Both the position numbers and the translations under genes were made by a program. The notes beneath the pieces were generated by a model. It was given only the letters and a program-made list of their open reading frames with translations. It did no database searches and was not told the DNA's origin. This document shows, one piece after another, positions 62,257 to 64,000 of a stretch of DNA of 64,000 nt. The stretch lies in the NCBI GenBank assembly GCA_903889595.1, contig CAISYI010000099.1, positions 4,311 to 68,310 on the forward strand, written 5' to 3'. Origin of the DNA: an uncultured beta proteobacterium (GTDB taxonomy: Bacteria > Pseudomonadota > Gammaproteobacteria > Burkholderiales > Burkholderiaceae). Position 1 is the first letter of the stretch. Every line of letters begins with the position of its first letter.

Positions 62257-63069
62257 ATGAAGCCGTTTAATAAATTAATCATAGTCACTGTTTTAGTTTT
62301 TATTGAATTATTGGGTTCATCGTCCATTTTGGCTAAGGAAGTTGAGGCGAGCTCTGCGGCTATTGATATTCCCATTTCTTTCAATAGTGATGAAGGCCTA
62401 CAAAGACTCATTAGATCCTCTGCTAAGTCAGATTTTGCGGTCCTAGCAAATCACTTTGAAGCGCAATCAAATAGAGCATTTTGTGGACCAACTACAGCTG
62501 CAATTATTCTTAATAGTGTCTTCGCAAAAAGCTCTGCTCTCCCACGAGACACTAGCCGAATTCAACCAGCTGACTTAAAAAATCTTAATCCTGGATTCGA
62601 TTTAACGGTGGCTCGTTTTACCCAAGAAACAGTGATTCAAAAAGGACAAAAAACACGTGCTCAAATTTTGGGCGAACCCATATTAATTAATGGCAAGATG
62701 ATGCGAGATGGGGGATATCAATTACGTCAATTTGATGAAATGCTTCGGGCCAATCAACTCAAGACAAAATTAACCGTAGTTAGCAACCAAATGGAACTCA
62801 ATGAAGTTCGAGAAGATTTTATAAAAAACCTTCAGACTGCAGGCGATTATTTAGTTGTTAATTATCGACGTGAAGAAGTGGGGCAATCTGGAGGTGCTCA
62901 TATTTCGCCAATCGGTGCCTATGATAGGGCTTCAGATTCTGTTTTAATTTTAGATGTTAATCCAGCTGCTCATAGTTGGGTTTGGATACCATTACCTGCA
63001 TTATTTAAAGCAATGAAAACTTTTGATAAAGTCGAAAATAGAGGTTATGTCCTGATTGAGGCACAGTAA
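62257..63069 (+). CDS. Phytochelatin synthase-like papain-fold protein with signal peptide (probable ATG 62257)
   Basis: Q..FCGPTT (Cys), GAHISPIGAYD (His), LILDV (Asp), RGY. Confidence 0.88.
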   Translation: MKPFNKLIIVTVLVFIELLGSSSILAKEVEASSAAIDIPISFNSDEGLQRLIRSSAKSDFAVLANHFEAQSNRAFCGPTTAAIILNSVFAKSSALPRDTSRIQPADLKNLNPGFDLTVARFTQETVIQKGQKTRAQILGEPILINGKMMRDGGYQLRQFDEMLRANQLKTKLTVVSNQMELNEVREDFIKNLQTAGDYLVVNYRREEVGQSGGAHISPIGAYDRASDSVLILDVNPAAHSWVWIPLPALFKAMKTFDKVENRGYVLIEAQ

Positions 63070-63101
63070 ATTATCACCGGGACAAGAATGCAAATTTTAA
63101 A

Positions 63102-64000
63102 ATGAAGTGGCCTCCTTTTTTCTCAACACGATTGAGAGTCCTTGCGACCGTATTAACCTTTAGTTATTCTTTCACTCCTCTTTCGGCTCAGGTTCATAAC
63201 GCCCAATCTGTAATTCCAGAGCCAGAGATGTTTTCTAGGATTGTTGAAAAGAAAATAGTTTCTAGTAAATCAATGATGGTTTCCACAGCTAATGCTTATG
63301 CATCTGAAGCCGCTTATGAGATATTAAAAAAGGGTGGCAATGCGGTCGATGCTGCAATTGCGGCGTCGATTATGCTGACACTCACTGAACCTAATGCTAC
63401 CGGTATTGGCGGAGGTGGATTTTTAGTACACTTTGACGTCAAGAATAAACAAATCAAAACTTATGATGGTCGTGAAACGGCACCTGCATTAGCAAAACCC
63501 GAGCGTTTTCTTTTGGCAAGTGGTTTACCAATGAAGTTTGAAGATGCGATAACAAGTGGTAAATCTGTTGGCACACCTGGATTATTAAAAATGCTTGAAC
63601 AGGTTCACAAAGCTCATGGAAAACTACCTTGGAAAAAAGTCTTAGAGCCCACAATTCAGCAGGCTTTAAGTGGATTCGTTGTATCTGATCGGTTACATAC
63701 CTTAATTCAAAAAGATCCTTATTTAAAGAAAAATCCAGAGGCAAGAAAATATTTTTATGATGAAAAGGGTCAAGCCATTCAAATAGGAACTCTCCATAAG
63801 AATCCACAACTGGCAAAGGTTCTTACGCAAATAGCCGAGCAAGGTAGTCAGGCTTTTTATACTGGATGGATCGCAAAAGATATTGTGACTGCTGTTCAAA
63901 TGACGGACCGTCCTGGAGACTTGAGCCAACAGGATTTATTGGCATACCAATCGAAGGAGCGTGATGTCTTGTGTCATGGTTATCGGAGTTTAAATATTTG
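63102..64000 (+). CDS. ggt: Gamma-glutamyltransferase, 5' part (runs off the window)
   Basis: Own translation: signal-like N-terminus, ILKKGGNAVDAAIA, EPNATGIGGGGF, YDGRETAP, SVGTPG. Confidence 0.92.
   Translation, partial: MKWPPFFSTRLRVLATVLTFSYSFTPLSAQVHNAQSVIPEPEMFSRIVEKKIVSSKSMMVSTANAYASEAAYEILKKGGNAVDAAIAASIMLTLTEPNATGIGGGGFLVHFDVKNKQIKTYDGRETAPALAKPERFLLASGLPMKFEDAITSGKSVGTPGLLKMLEQVHKAHGKLPWKKVLEPTIQQALSGFVVSDRLHTLIQKDPYLKKNPEARKYFYDEKGQAIQIGTLHKNPQLAKVLTQIAEQGSQAFYTGWIAKDIVTAVQMTDRPGDLSQQDLLAYQSKERDVLCHGYRSLNI

Noticed and set aside
44110-64000. Possible CRISPR array, prophage or intact integrase/transposase in the accessory region
   Set aside because: No regularly spaced repeats, phage structural genes or intact recombinase ORF seen

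Overview
AT-rich betaproteobacterial chromosome segment. Gene order and protein style suggest Burkholderiaceae, Polynucleobacter-like (inference). Bases 1-43.8 kb are mostly core genome: tartrate dehydrogenase end, EmrAB-OMF and RND pumps, dnaQ, rnhA, gloB, mltD, prpE, carAB-greA, rlmE-ftsH-folP-glmM, pstSCAB-phoU-phoBR and ppk1/ppx. Directly after ppx lies a compact phosphate-starvation lipid-remodelling cluster (plcP-like, GT4 glycosyltransferase, dgkA, olsB-like, olsA-like) with a candidate Pho box. From tRNA-Pro/tRNA-Arg (43.9-44.1 kb) onward the window is accessory. It holds two further copies of the tRNA-Arg 3' end, a small toxin-antitoxin islet, IS debris, three Bug receptors, a BLUF protein, a sulfite dehydrogenase, a DUF1800/DUF1501 pair, an alkyl sulfatase and a secreted phytochelatin-synthase-like gene next to GGT. 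The most striking signals are two protein-less guide-RNA-type cassettes flanking one Bug gene. One is a 185-bp IS200/IS605 derivative that keeps only the left end plus the TnpB omega-RNA/right end, behind a TTGAT target site. The other is a ~320-bp structured element resembling an IS110 non-coding (bridge-RNA) end with no recombinase. All calls come from reading motifs; no searches were run.
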